Assembly: GCF_006345805.1 (NCBI RefSeq)
Contig: NC_043008.1
Location: 36,084,001 to 36,148,000, forward strand
Origin: Octopus sinensis
Lineage: Eukaryota
Direction of reading: 5' to 3'
Length of the DNA: 64,000 nucleotides
The notes beneath the pieces were generated by a model. It searched no databases and was not told where the DNA came from. It saw only the letters and a program-made list of their open reading frames with translations. The position numbers were made by a program, and so were the translations under genes. Every line of letters begins with the position of its first letter. The first letter of the stretch is position 1. Of this stretch, positions 11,922-24,849 are shown in pieces.

Positions 11922-12657
11922 TTATTGCTCTCCAAGATGGATTTCTCTTATCATGACTGTCAAAGTTGAAGCTTCCTCCATGTTCTTGTAGTTTGGGTTG
12001 CCTTCAAGATGGCTAAGGACCCATGTCTTTTCATTGAACAGCTAAGTGTAATTATAATGAGATAATAAAAGGGTAGGGGGCTTAATTAGTCGTTGTTTGG
12101 CTCCAGGCTACCCTCTGCTCCAGGGTTGATTCACAATCGAAAGCAGTCCTATTAAGATGACACAGCTGCCTCCCTCTTGTAGAAATTTCTTCACTCTCAT
12201 ACAATTAGCAGGATAGCTAGAGTAATGATGGCTGGTAATATTGGCGTAATGGGGAGAGGTGATTAAGGGGACTGAAGGGTGGGGTAAGGTGGGAGGGGTG
12301 TGGAACACCGTACTAATGAGAAGACATGTTTGCTAAATAGGGAATTTGGTGAATTTCACGATGATAGTGTTATTAAATAAATAATTATTTCCTTAACTTA
12401 ATTTGATGTTTTTGTTTTACTGTCCATAAAAGCCGCTGTGGTATTGCCATTTACGCAATTTGCTCTGTAGGAACATGTTTCCCAAGCATGGTGCTGGTGG
12501 TGCTGGTGGTGCTGGTGGTGATGGTGGTGATGGTGGTGTGAGCTTTGTTAATGAGACAGACAACAATGTGGGAGATAGTAAAAGTCTTCAGTTGCGAAAA
12601 AATTAGAAGAGAAAGAGAGAAAGAAAGAGAAGTTTGTGAATGAAAAAGTTTGAAGAA

Positions 12658-12695
<38 letters not shown>

Positions 12696-12954
12696 TATTA
12701 AACAGTATAATTTCTAGAGATTGTGAGAGAAAATTTGGTTAATTTCACAGAAATGGTTGTTATATATAAATAATTAGTCTCTGAGCTTAATTTGATATGT
12801 TTTGTTTTGCTGTCCATAAGACTTCTGTTGAAGATATTTTTTTCACGTTTTGTTCTGGAGGAACATGAACAAAGGAATGAAGAGAAGAATGGTGCAGCAT
12901 GTCTTGAAAGACTGATTGTTTTGCCAATGAGGAAAGTTAGCTAGCAAAGGGAGG

Positions 12955-12988
<34 letters not shown>

Positions 12989-13121
12989 GCAATATATTTT
13001 ATTAAATAGTATAATTCCAAGAGAATTAGAGAGAAATTTTGGAAGTTTCATTAATTATGTGAAAGGTCAGCTGAGAAAACTGGGTTAAAGAAACAAATGC
13101 AGAAGAGCATCAAGGAAGAAC

Positions 13122-13125
13122 ATGG

Positions 13126-13174
<49 letters not shown>

Positions 13175-13290
13175 CCATCATCATCACCATCATCATAATC
13201 ACCACCATCACCACCACCACCACCACCACCACCACCATCCTCATCATCATCGTCATTACCATCACCATCATCATCACCATCATCATCATT
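13122..13290. repeat. (CAT)n/(CAC)n trinucleotide microsatellite; similar tracts at 15920-16210, 19630-19840, 20790-21005, 22195-22330, 31220-31360, 43190-43460, 49510-49640, 58145-58300
   Basis: Direct inspection; source of the poly-H/D/S/M ORFs. Confidence 0.95.
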
Positions 13291-13669
13291 GTTTTTATGC
13301 CTGATTTTTCCATGCCAGCAAAGTCTGGATAAGTTTCCAGAGGCCATGTTTTACAGCTGGATACCCATGATGTCAGCAAGCTTAGTAGTTACCTCTTACA
13401 ACATACACTGTTGTTATGTACCTATTCTAGAACTGAGTTGTATGTGGGAAACAGGGAAGGTCAATATTCTAGTGGTGGGGGGCGTTACCTTTGAATAAAA
13501 ACTGAAACAGAATGACCAACGGCATAAAAATATGAACATCTACTATAATAATACTCTTGAGTTTTCTCTGTCGCAACATATGAATGAGAAAGGAAGGGAT
13601 TATAGATGAAAAAAGAAGGAAGGGGTGATGGCAAACTGGTAGTGGGATGATGGAAATTCTATAGTGGAA

Positions 13670-13893
13670 AGGCGGCAACCTGGTAGAATTGTTAGCATAC
13701 CGGGCGAAATGCTTAGCGGTATTTCGTCTGCCGTTATGTTCTGAGTTCAAATTCTGCCAAGGTTGACTTTGCCTTTCATCCTTTCGGGGTCGATTAAATA
13801 AGTACCAGTTACACACTGGGGTCGATGTAATCGACTTAATCCCTTTGTTTGTCCCTCTATTTTTAGCCCCTTGTGGGCAATAAAGAAATAAGA
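13670..13893 (+). mobile_element. SINE family A, near full length
   Basis: A box-like TGGTAGAATTG, B box GAGTTCAAATTC, tail GGGCAATAAAGAAATAAG; more degenerate copies near 5240, 17870, 20000, 21975, 27165, 49655, 55835 and 59960. Confidence 0.9.
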
Positions 13894-13976
13894 AATTCTA
13901 CAGTGGAAAAGAAATCAAACAGTGTTTCAACTCTGCATGAGTATATGTGTGTATGTAAAAGAGAGGCATGTAAATG

Positions 13977-14017
<41 letters not shown>

Positions 14018-14199
14018 AATGGAAGTGGGATCATGAATATTCAATGTTGAAAAGAAAGATCAAACAACGTTTCAGCTCTGTGTGAGTATATGTATGTATG
14101 TCTGTGCATGTACAAGGGAAATATGTGAATGTTTGTATGTGTGAACCAACGTTCTTTCAGTAACAAATGATGATTAATGTCACATCTCAAAAGACAACC

Positions 14200-14532
14200 A
14201 CTAGATAACATTGACATAACTGTGATACCAGCTTTTGCCATGGCCATAAACAAATTGCAAGGATAGGGATTTGAAAAAAGTTGGTATTTACTTGCCAACT
14301 CATGTATTTAGTCACGGCCAGCTTTATGTGGCCTTAAGTCGTACAAGAAGGAAGGAAAACTTTAAAATTCTTTTGAAGGAAACAAACAGTCAAGGAATGT
14401 TAGTTGCAGATAGATTTTTCACAAAAAATTTGGTAATGAAAGAATTACTAAAGTAAAAACTTGGTTTTGTACCTTAATTATATATAAAATACTACAGTTA
14501 GCCATCATTTTTGACAGCATGGGGCCAGCTAG
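14200..14532 (+). mobile_element. Helitron RepHel 3' end (Pif1-like helicase C-terminus pseudogene)
   Basis: PAFAMAINKLQG*GF / KVGIYLPTHVFSHGQLYVALSR..TKNLVMKELLK*; ends in CTAG|T at 14529-14533. Confidence 0.9.
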
Positions 14533-14746
14533 TACTGATATAATCTATACATATATCTATATGTATACATACATATCACTTCTGGTGAATCAACATTGAT
14601 TTATATATAAACACACACACACAAACGCAAACACACATGCATATGGTATGCAAATCAGTTGGACCAGTTCTCTGAAGTTGATGGATTTGTTGAGTATATA
14701 AATGGATTAGCTGCTTATTTCTCTGGTGTTGGTGAAATAATGTAGA

Positions 14747-14780
14747 CAACCCTGATGAGACCCCTGTAAGGGTTGAAAAT
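14747..14780 (+). ncRNA. Hammerhead-like core, incomplete
   Basis: CTGATGA-GACCC-CTGTAA-GGGTT-GAAA; stem II present, stems I and III not recoverable. Confidence 0.4.
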
Positions 14781-15039
14781 TAATTAAAGCAGTTTGCCAA
14801 TTTTTTTAATCTATAGAGAAACACTTAAATTTGCCATAACTACTACACAGGTTTATATATATATATATATATATACACACACATATATATAAATATATAT
14901 ATATATTTAAAGATAGAAAATTGTGGAATAGGATGAAGTTCTTTGGAATATATTTGATGTGTATCCCCTGGAAGTAGACATAAAACAAGAGTTATTGTTT
15001 GAATACCATCAAACAATAAGACATATATGTGTATATATC

Positions 15040-15255
15040 ATGGCAGATACTGGTGTCGCACAAATGGCACCCATGCTGATGGCACATAATAGAACCCACC
15101 ACACTCTCAGAGTGGTTGACGTTAGGAAGAGCATCCAGTCATAGAAACCATGCTAAATCAGACTGGAGTCTGGTGCAGCCTTCCAGCTTGCCAGCCTTGG
15201 TCAAACCGTCCAACCCATACCAGCATGGACAACGGATGTTAAATGATGATGATTA
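15040..15255 (+). mobile_element. RTE 3'UTR fragment
   Basis: GGTTGACGTTAGGAAGAGCATCCAG..CCAACCCATACCAGCATGG..(GAT)n. Confidence 0.8.
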
Positions 15256-16746
15256 TTGACTGCACTTACTCAATGTATGTGTTTCATTTGCAGTGGTTAG
15301 TGCCTGGGGGATGACTCCCTTACTATGCTGGGTGCTAAAACACCTGAAAGTCATAGACACCCCCAATCGAATTCAGGTGTGATGGATACCAGTATTTTGC
15401 CATCTTTGTGGCTTATCAACATCTCATACCCGAATAGTCTATGACTATATTTAATTTTATGTATGCATTACTGTAGAATCTTACATATGCATTGCCATGG
15501 CATACCAGCAAATAGTTCTTATATATAGCCGTAAACTGGCAATTCAGCTCATCCCTGGTTTGATTTGCACAGATGACTTTGGGGTTCTTTTGGATTGACA
15601 ACATGCAGTCACGCAAATAGCTTTCTCAATTTTCAGAACAGATTTATTTTCTCCTTCCATTTGGCAATTATGAATATTGTTCATTGTTAATAGCCAAAAC
15701 CAAATATCATTATGTCCGGCAATAAATATCAAGTTTAATGTTTCTAAGTTTGCTCCAGTTAATATTCTCACAACTAACAACGATCACCTCAGTCTTCATG
15801 TACATCACACAATGTTAATAAAGCCATCCTCTTCAGCAATGGTGATGCAGACTTCTAAAGTATATTTTCGTTGACCAGTTCAACTCAGGCAGCGAGCAGA
15901 CCTCATGACAGTACAATGATGATGAGGATGACGACGGCAGTGGTGATGATGATGATGATGATTGCTACAGCATCAACATTGTGATTATGATGATGCTGGT
16001 GATGTTCATAACAGCATTGACTGTGGTGAGGATGATGATGAGGATGATAATGACTATCATGACAATGATAACAATAGCATTGACAGCGGTGATAATGATG
16101 ATGATGGTGATGATGATGATGATGATAACGATGATGATAACGATGATGATGATGATGATGATAACGATGACAACAACAACAACGATGACAATGACATCAA
16201 CTACAATGATAATTTATGTGGACGTGTGTGTGTGTGTGTATGAGTGTGTATAAAAGAGAATGTATGTAGGTGTATAGTCAGAATATGAGTATTTGTTTTT
16301 TAAAGAGAGAGAATTGTGGAATAGTATGAAGCTCTTTGTAATATATTTGATGTGTATTTCCTGGAATTATGTGTAAAACAAATGTTATTGTTTGAATACC
16401 ATCAAAAAATAAGAGACATTACATCAACATGTGATTTCCTTCAACAGCTAAATGATTTATGTTAAACACTCCGACAGCCGCTGAACTAGATATGAATTTA
16501 TATAATGTTTGTTTCAGACATGTATACACATGTGCACACACAAATACTTACATAAGTGTATGCAAAATGGAAATGAACACCATTCCTCCATGTGATTGAC
16601 TTGAAAAATTGTTAAGATATTAAGATACTTTTCTTTTTTTTTAACATGAAACCTATGGTAGCCTTAATTAACAAATAAAGAAATTCTATCCGTCAATATC
16701 ACGTTGAGCACTGATTTCCATCGTTTGACATTTACACACACACATG

Positions 16747-16796
<50 letters not shown>

Positions 16797-16827
16797 TATA
16801 TACATATATTTATATATATATATATAT

Positions 16828-17200
16828 ATCATCATCATCATCATCGTTTAATGTCTGCTTTCCATGCTAGCATGGGTTGGACGGTTCAACTGGGGTCTGG
16901 GAAGCCAGAAGGCTGCACCAGGCCCAGTCTGATCTGGCAGTGTTTCTACAGCTGGATGCCCTTCCTAACGCCAACCACTCCGTGAGTGTAGTGGGTGCTT
17001 TTTATATGCCAGACGAGGCTGGCAAACGGCCACGATCGGATGTTGCTTTTTACGTGCCACCGGCACGGAGGCCAGATGAGGCTGGCAACAGCCACAATTG
17101 GATGGTGCTTTTTATGTGCCACTGGCACGGAGGCCAGTCGGGGTGGCGCTGGCAACGACCGAGTTTGGATGGTTCTCTTACGTGCCACCGGCACACAAGG
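16828..17200 (-). mobile_element. RTE 3'UTR fragment with subrepeats
   Basis: (CAT)n tail, well-preserved core, GTGCCACCGGCAC units. Confidence 0.85.
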
Positions 17201-17204
17201 GTAA

Positions 17205-17432
17205 ATAATTATAAATTTAATATTAATAAATTTTTACCAAGTACTTTATGTAAAGAGAACCATTATCAGTAGGAACTTTTACAAAAAGTCTTTTTATATA
17301 TAAATATAATTAAGGGTTAATCAACAAGTTGCTTAATCACATACCGAAAATTTAGAAATAGCAGCCAATAAGCTGTCTTTGGCTGCTATTTTAAATTTTC
17401 GGTATGTAGTTAAGCAGCTTGTTGATTAACCC

Positions 17433-17440
<8 letters not shown>
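17205..17440. repeat. Fold-back palindrome element (arms about 63 bp, 17305-17440) plus adjoining segment
   Basis: GGGTTAATCAACAAG..GCAGCCAA / TTGGCTGC..CTTGTTGATTAACCC; homologous to the 25212-25520 and 31640-31935 elements. Confidence 0.85.
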
Positions 17441-17475
<35 letters not shown>

Positions 17476-17484
17476 GTATATATC

Positions 17485-17730
17485 ATCATCTTCATCATTG
17501 TTAAATGTCTGCTTCCCATGTTGGCATATGTGGGATAGTTTGACTGAGGACTGGCAAGCCAGGGGCTGCACCAGGCTCCAATCTGATCTGGCAAGTTTTC
17601 TACAGCTGGATGCTTTTCCTAACGCTATCCATTCTGAGCATATATTGGCTGCTTTTTACGTGCCACCGGCATGGGTGCTAGTAGGCAACACTGGCATCAG
17701 CCATGACAACGATTTCTTTGAGGCACCATC
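17485..17730 (-). mobile_element. RTE 3'UTR fragment
   Basis: Same family core and (CAT)n tail; further copies near 13280, 21660, 33170, 41820, 43560, 48690, 50640 and 58270. Confidence 0.75.
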
Positions 17731-18127
17731 TTGAAAGGTTTTAGCTGAATGAATCAACCCAAGAACATATTTTAAACAACTCAACACTGGTTGTCAAGCA
17801 GTTGGGGTGGGAAACAAACACAAAGACACACACACACACATACATACAATATACTTCAATGAAAATATGATTCCAAATTTTGGCACAAGGCCAGAAATTT
17901 AAGGGGAGGGGATAAGTTAGTTACATCAGCCCCAGTATTTAACTGGTATTTATTTTATTGACTCTGAAAAGATAAAAGGCAAAACTGACCTCTGCAGAAT
18001 TTGAAACAGAATTTGAAGGCCAGATGAAATGTTGCTAGACTTTTTGTCATGTGTGGTGATGATTCTGCCTGCTTTCTGCCTTCTTTAATAAAAGATGGCA
18101 ATAGAAAGATTAAGAAACAGGATTAAG

Positions 18128-18510
18128 GCACAGAAGTGGCTGTGTGGTAAGTAGCTTGCTTACCTACCACATAGTTCCGGGTTCAGTCCCACTGTGTGGC
18201 ACTTTGGGAATGTATCTTCTACTGTAGCCTTGGGCCGACCAAAGCCTTGTGAGTGGATTTGGTAGAAGGAAAATTAAAGAAGCCTTTTGTGTATATGTAT
18301 ATATATGTATGTCCCCACCAACATCGCTTGACAACTGATGCTGGTGTGTTTGCATCCCCGTAACTTAGCAGTTTGGCAAAAGAGACCGATAGAATAAGTA
18401 CTAGGCTTACAGAGAATAAGTCCTGGGGTCGATTTGCTCGACTAAAGGCGGTGCTCCAGCATGGCCGCAGTCAAATGACTGTAACAAGTAAAAAAGTAAA
18501 AAGAGTAAGC
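18128..18510 (+). mobile_element. SINE family B
   Basis: Full head and body with A-rich AAGTAAAA tail. Confidence 0.9.
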
Positions 18511-19787
18511 ATCAACCAATTCATAACACCATGATAATAAAAAAATTTTTAAATGGCTTTAAAAATGTGACAAATGAATGAACTTTACATGCTGGGTTTG
18601 AATCTGACTCAAGTTAACTTTGATTTTCATCATTTTTGGTGTCCTTAAAGTAAATACAAGTGAGATGAGGTGTCTGAAACATTTTGCAAATAAAGTTATT
18701 CACATTGGAGCTCTTTGATTGGCTTGTAGAGTTCCTGTTTTGAAAACCTCAGGGAATTGATAACCAAAGATTCTGGTATCACATTGAAAAGGGTCAAGTA
18801 ACTACAGAGAATCTCTCTTACTAGGTCATGCAGTCTCTCTTTACTTTAAAGATAGAAGAGGAGGGTGTTTGGTGAAGGAAATTCCATTGCTATGTTAAAC
18901 AGGTTGAACAACTATGCAGAAGCTACATCACTGGTTCAGTAAACTCACAGCTTGCAATAGCGAAGCTATTTATTGTACCTAATGCGTTGTGAAATTGTGA
19001 CTAATGGGGAAACACCCTTTATAAAGTAGCAGCACTAGTATCTGGGAAAGCACGTGGCTGCAAGAACTTGCAGAAAAAAACAAACAAACAAAAAACAAAT
19101 AGAAAAAATTGAAAAAAGAATATTTACTGGAACATGGGAAGGGCAAATAGTTGCATGAATATGCATCAACTAAAAATAGTGAGTCTAAGAAATATGCTAC
19201 TAATTTCAGTACCATCAATAATTACAGACTGTGGTATTATATTATCTATTCTTACAGCAGCTGTTTGGAGAGAAAAATCTTCTCCCCTCTCACCCAAACC
19301 AGCACCACTCTCTTTCTCAGATTACCAATTGTTTTTTTTTTTTTTTGTTGTTTGTGGTTTTTCTTTTTTAGTAGGGCAGTGGGTGTAAGTTGGTGGGGAT
19401 TTCTTGTTGGTACTCAGCAGCATTCAGAAGTACTGGATTTACTTTCTTCTTCATCATCATCATCATCGTCATCATCATCATCATCATTATTATTATATTC
19501 AAATTCCACCGAAGTTGACTTTACCTTTCATCTTCTCGGGGTTGATAAAATAAGTACCTGTTGAATACTGGAGGCCATGTAAATGACACATCCCCTCCCC
19601 CAAAATTGCTGCCCTTGTGGAAAAATTTGAAACCACCACCACCACCACACCATCATCATCATCATCATCGTCATCGTCATTGTCATCATCATCCCCACCA
19701 CCACCACCACCACCACCATCATCATCATCACCATCACCATCATCATCATCATCATCATCATCGTCGTCGTCGTCGTCGTCGTCGTCG

Positions 19788-19836
<49 letters not shown>

Positions 19837-21075
19837 TAACATCAAGACGATTCTGATAAGGTAAACTTTGCCTTTCATTCTTTTGAGGTCATTAAAATAT
19901 GTTCCCGTTACGTATCGAGGTCATTGTAATCAAATTCCTCCTCCTCTTGAAAACTGGTGGCCCTGTGCCAAAATTTGAAACCATTCTTATGATGAAGGCA
20001 ATGACCAGGCAGAATCGTTACCCTGCTGGACAAAATGCTTTGCAGCAATTCTTCAGACACTTTAAGCTCTAAGCTCAAATTCCACAATGATCAACTTTAC
20101 TCTTTATTCTTTCAAGGCTGATGAGGTGAGTACCAGTTGCACATTGGGGTTGATGTAATTGACAACCTCAACTTCCCCCAAAATTTCAGGCCTTGTGCCT
20201 AGTGTAGAATGGATTATTATTGTTGTTGCTGTTGTTGTTGTTGTTATTTATTATTATTATTATTATGATTGTTGCTGTTGTTTTCTTTTGTGCTTATTTC
20301 TTTTCATTTTGAGAGATACCATGTGAGTAAAATAGCCAATTTTTATGACCTTTCATCACCAGAAGTATCCCTCTTTGGTTGATCATCTCTTCTTTAATTC
20401 AAGGCAGTGGAATGTAGAATACCAGGAATGTGAGACCCTTCATGCCTCTTGCAAATGCTATCCCACACACCCTTATATAATGCATGGTAACCATATATTT
20501 CCTCTATAAACAACAAACTTCTTCCTGTCCCTTTCAGAAGCTAGTATAAAGCCATCTCCCTCCCTTTCAGTCGAAGAGGCTATTTTCTAGAGTTTGGCTG
20601 GTTCTATGGCAACCTTACTAGTGCTGGTGCCATGGAAAATATTCTCATTTTGTAAAGTGGCTGGTGTTGTGAAGGGTATTCAGCAATGGAAACCATGTCA
20701 GGTTTGAGGCACAAGAACAAGATATGTCCCTCTAAACTGTGGAGTCCTTCTGGACCATTCAGCCTGTGCCAATACAAAAAGGGGAAGTGAAGTGATGAAG
20801 ATGATGATGATGATGTTGATGACAATGACGATGCTGACGATAATGATGATGACAACGGTGGCAATGGTGATGAGGTGATGATTATGATGATGATGATGAT
20901 GATGATGATGTGGATGACAATGACAATGACGACGACAACGATGATGACGATGACAACAACAATGATAATGATGGTGATGATGATGACAATGGCGATGATA
21001 ATGACGAACTGGTGCTTCATTTTATTGACTCTGGAATGATACAATCCAAAGTTGAACTTGGCAAAATTTAAACTC

Positions 21076-21465
21076 AGGAGTGGCTGTGTGGTATGTAGCT
21101 TGCTTACCAACCACATGGTTCCGGGTTCAGTCACACTGCATGGCACCTTGGGCAAGTGTCTTATACTATAGCCTCAGATCAACCAAAGCCTCGTGACTGG
21201 ATTTGGTAGATGGAAACTGAAAGAAGCCCATCGTATATATGTATATGTATATATATATGTGTGTGTTTATGTGTCTGTGTTTGTCCCCACAACATCGCTT
21301 GACAACCGATGCTGGTGTGTTTACGTCCACGTAACTTAGCGGTTTGGCAAAAGAGACCGATAGAATAAGTACTAGGCTTACAAAGAATAAGTCCTGGGGT
21401 CAATTTGCTCGACTAAAGGCAGTGCTCCAGCATGGTCACAGTCAAATGACTGAAACAGGTAAAAG
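21076..21465 (+). mobile_element. SINE family B
   Basis: Full head, internal TA/TG microsatellite and body. Confidence 0.9.
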
Positions 21466-21547
21466 ACACATAACAAAATACCGCAACCATTTTGTCTAAT
21501 GGTCTAATGCTTCTACCAGTCCACTGCTTTCAGTGATACATCAATAT

Positions 21548-21591
<44 letters not shown>

Positions 21592-21912
21592 AATGAAGGG
21601 CATGGCAAAGACTGAAATATGTAGCACATTACTATACTTAAGAAGACCCAAACATCACAACAGAATTGATATCTTAAACCAAGGTGACATGTAAAAAGCA
21701 TTGGTGTGGTTGCTGGTGTCTCGTAAAAAGCACTGGGGATGGTGTCATGTAAAAAAGCACCCAGCACACTCTGTAAAGTTGTTGATGTTAGGATGGGCAT
21801 CCAGCCATAGAAACAATGCCCAAAACAGACAATCGGAGCTTGGTGCAGCTCTCCAGCTGTCCAGCTCCTGTCTGGCTATCCAGCCCATGACAGCATGGAA
21901 AATGAACAGTAA

Positions 21913-21943
<31 letters not shown>

Positions 21944-22208
21944 TGATGGTGATGATGATAAATAATGATAATCTTTTCTTATTTTGGTGCAAGGCCAGTA
22001 AATCTGAGTGGTGGGGAAGTCGATTACATCGACCCCAGTGTTCAACTGGTACTCATTTTGCTAACCCTGAAAGGAGGAAAGATAAATTTGATTTCAGTGG
22101 GATTTGAACTCTGGACTTAAAAGACAGATGAAATGTTGTGAGGAATTTTATCCAGTGTGCTAATGATTCAGTCAGCTTGTTGCCATAATGATGGTGATGA
22201 TGACGATG

Positions 22209-22240
<32 letters not shown>

Positions 22241-22289
22241 GGGGATGGTGGTGGTGGTGGTGGTGGTGGTGGTGGTGGTGGTGATGGTG

Positions 22290-22321
<32 letters not shown>

Positions 22322-22379
22322 GATGATGATGAATTTGTAATGTAAATTAAAATGAAGTGAAAATAGCCAAAACTGGTAC

Positions 22380-23144
22380 ATATAAAACATGACGAGTCTC
22401 CTGTATCAGTATTAGTAGAACTTGAGAAGAGGAAACTCCTATAGGCTGATGACCTTGACCTTCTCACAGAGAATGCGGAGAAATTAGAGAAGTTCCTGAT
22501 ATGGAAACAAAACCCGAATCAAAAAGTCTAAGCAAAGTAAACTTAGCAAAGACTAAAGCTTTAGTAAGTAGGGGAAAAAAACGTGACTCAGATGCCATGA
22601 GGGAGATGGCTGTGTATAATATGCAGAGATTGATTTGGGAGAAATTTCTTAAGGTGTGTTCAATCTAAACTGTTGGTACACTAGAGGTGTGGTGGAATCA
22701 AGGGTAGACTAACAAGGAATATGGATTTTGCCTGTGGTAAATGCACAAGAGAAGTTAGCAGCCAGAGCATCAGTAAAATAGTTACTTGCAATATTCAGAA
22801 GGCAGTAGAGAAATAGCTTCCGTTACCAAGGTAACATAACCAGCAATGGAGGAAAGCATTCCGAAGGCATAGTAGTTAGACTAAGAACAGGATGGAAATA
22901 ATTCAGAGAATTATTACCTTTGCTGGCAACGAGGGGATTCAGCCCCTGAATGAAGAGATGACACTTGTATGACCCTTGTGTTCCCATTGTAATGAGATGT
23001 TAGTAATGGATGCAGAGGAAGTATGGAAGTTGGAAAGTAATGAAGAAAGCATACTCTACTGGATGAGAAATGTTGGTAAAGACGAGGGACATGGCATAGG
23101 TAGGCTGAGAGGCAAACTGGGTGTAAGAAGAATGAAATGTAGTG

Positions 23145-23187
<43 letters not shown>

Positions 23188-23330
23188 AGACTGCATTTGT
23201 GTAGGCTTGTGGAAAGAACCAGTTGAAGCAGATGAGTGAGGGAGATAAGGACAGAGTTAATGGAAGTTGTTCTTAGAATGCTGAACTGCACCAAGTTGGA
23301 TGATGAATTCAACAAGTGGTAGGACTCTAT
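22380..23330 (+). mobile_element. Heavily decayed RTE-type LINE RT region
   Basis: LL*ADDL (YADD motif with stop), KVNLAKTKALVS, AEEVWKLESNEESILYWMRNV..LRGKLGVR. Confidence 0.7.
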
Positions 23331-23390
23331 GTTAGAGAGGATCCATTCAACTTATGCAAAATTGGGAAAATGGATATGAAATGATGATTA

Positions 23391-23720
23391 TTCTGTTGTG
23401 TCTGGGGAGAATCATTCTCTTTTAGTGCCTTATAATTTAACACATTCACTGGTAAAATTTCCACTTATTTCTTATTTTTTATTTTCTAAAATTTTCATTG
23501 CGTCTTGCAAACACAGTCACCGATAAAATTCCTCTTATTTCTTATTTTTTATTTTCTAAAATTTTCGTTGCATCTTGCAACCTTTTCAACTATTGAAAAG
23601 ATTGCAAGATGCAACGAAAATTTTAGAAAATAAAAATAAGAAATAAGTGGAAATTTTACTGGTGAGTGTGTTAAATAAAAAGGCACTAAAAGAGAATGAC
23701 TCTCCCCAGACACAACAGAA
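23391..23720. repeat. Fold-back palindrome (second family) with an internal duplication in the left arm
   Basis: TTCTGTTGTGTCTGGGGAG... / ...CTCCCCAGACACAACAGAA; apex CTTTTCAA-CTA-TTGAAAAG at 23582-23600. Confidence 0.9.
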
Positions 23721-24059
23721 CATGCTTCAACGCACAAACTCATATAAAGAATCTTGCAAACCAAATCCCAAAACGAAAAATGATGATTATATACACATAA
23801 ATTGCATTCCTACATGTTTATGAAGCTCTGACAGAGCTTTAAGGTGATACACAAGCACTCAACTATGAGTATATTGCATCTCATAGCAGAAACATCAGTA
23901 AGCTATAGAAGAATATTACATAATTTTTTTGTTCCTTTGTCAATCATATTGTCTCTTATTATGCTCTGTACTCTATTAATGCTTTCTTGAAGCATAAGTT
24001 TATTGAGTTCTAACACCAGGTTATTAGCATGGCAATGCCTAAGCAAAATATTAATATAT

Positions 24060-24250
24060 GTGTATGCAAGAGAGACGACTGCACTTGTATGGTCATGTGA
24101 TGTGTATGGATGAGGACAGTTGTGTAAAGAAGTGTTGATCTCTAACTGTGGGGGGAACCTGTGGTAGGAAGACATGGGACAAGGTGGTGAAGCATTATCT
24201 TCAAACTTTGAACCTCACAGAGGCAATGACTAGTGACTGAGACCTTTGGT
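24060..24250 (+). mobile_element. RTE ORF C-terminal fragment
   Basis: CMQERRLHLYGHVMCMDEDSCVKKC*SLTV..KTWDKVVKHYLQTLNLTEAMTSD*DLW. Confidence 0.8.
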
Positions 24251-24254
24251 AATC

Positions 24255-24531
24255 CAGAATTACCAGAAATCTGGTTAGTTTTGAATTTCACAGTTCACTG
24301 TGCAGCTGCTTTGTTTTGGTTTCCATGGTGTATGCATCACATGATGCCAGTTCCTGTGTGACTGCTGCTGTGTAGAAGCCCTCCTCTTACAATTAAGTAG
24401 TTATTTGTCTTAATTTATTATAATTTTTATGTATTACCATGTCTAAAAGGCCTGTGTCCAGAAATCAAGAAAATCCAGAAATCCAAACCACCTCTGGTCC
24501 CAAGGTTGCCGGATAAGAGGTTCAGTACCTG
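24255..24531 (+). mobile_element. pogo/Tigger-like DNA transposon 3' end
   Basis: GAAATCC repeats and terminus CTCTGGTCCCAAG..GGATAAGAGGTTCAGTACCTG|TA resembling Tigger4-type TIRs; left boundary uncertain. Confidence 0.55.
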
Positions 24532-24559
24532 TATGTATATATATATATATATATATGTA

Positions 24560-24848
24560 TAGAGGCGCATGGCTCAGTGGTTAGGGCTGCGTGTTGTGTT
24601 CTTGAGCAAAGCACTTTATTTCACGTTGCTCCAGCTCACTCAGCTGTAGAAATGAGTTGCGACGTCACTGGTGCCAAGCTGTATCGACCCTTGTCTTTCC
24701 CTTGGATAACACTGGTGGCGTGGAGAGGGGAGGCCGGTATGCATGGGCGACTGCTGGTCTTCCATAAAAACAACCTTGCCCAGACTTGTGCCTCAGAGGG
24801 TAACTCTCTAGGTGCAAACCCATGGTCACACATGACCGAAGGGGGTCT
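24560..24848 (+). mobile_element. SINE family D inserted in (TA)n, B-box region deleted
   Basis: TGGCTCAGTGG A box; body nearly identical to the 52932-53272 copy. Confidence 0.85.
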
Positions 24849-24849
24849 C

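Noticed and set aside
13051-13379. Poly-His/Asp/Met/Ser ORFs here and at 15962, 19528, 22157, 31204, 43140, 49399 and 58035
   Set aside because: Translations of trinucleotide microsatellites, mostly tails of RTE or SINE copies; no flanking coding signal.
15400-15900. Cys-containing minus-strand ORFs as a Helitron or zinc-finger remnant
   Set aside because: No diagnostic motif with correct spacing.
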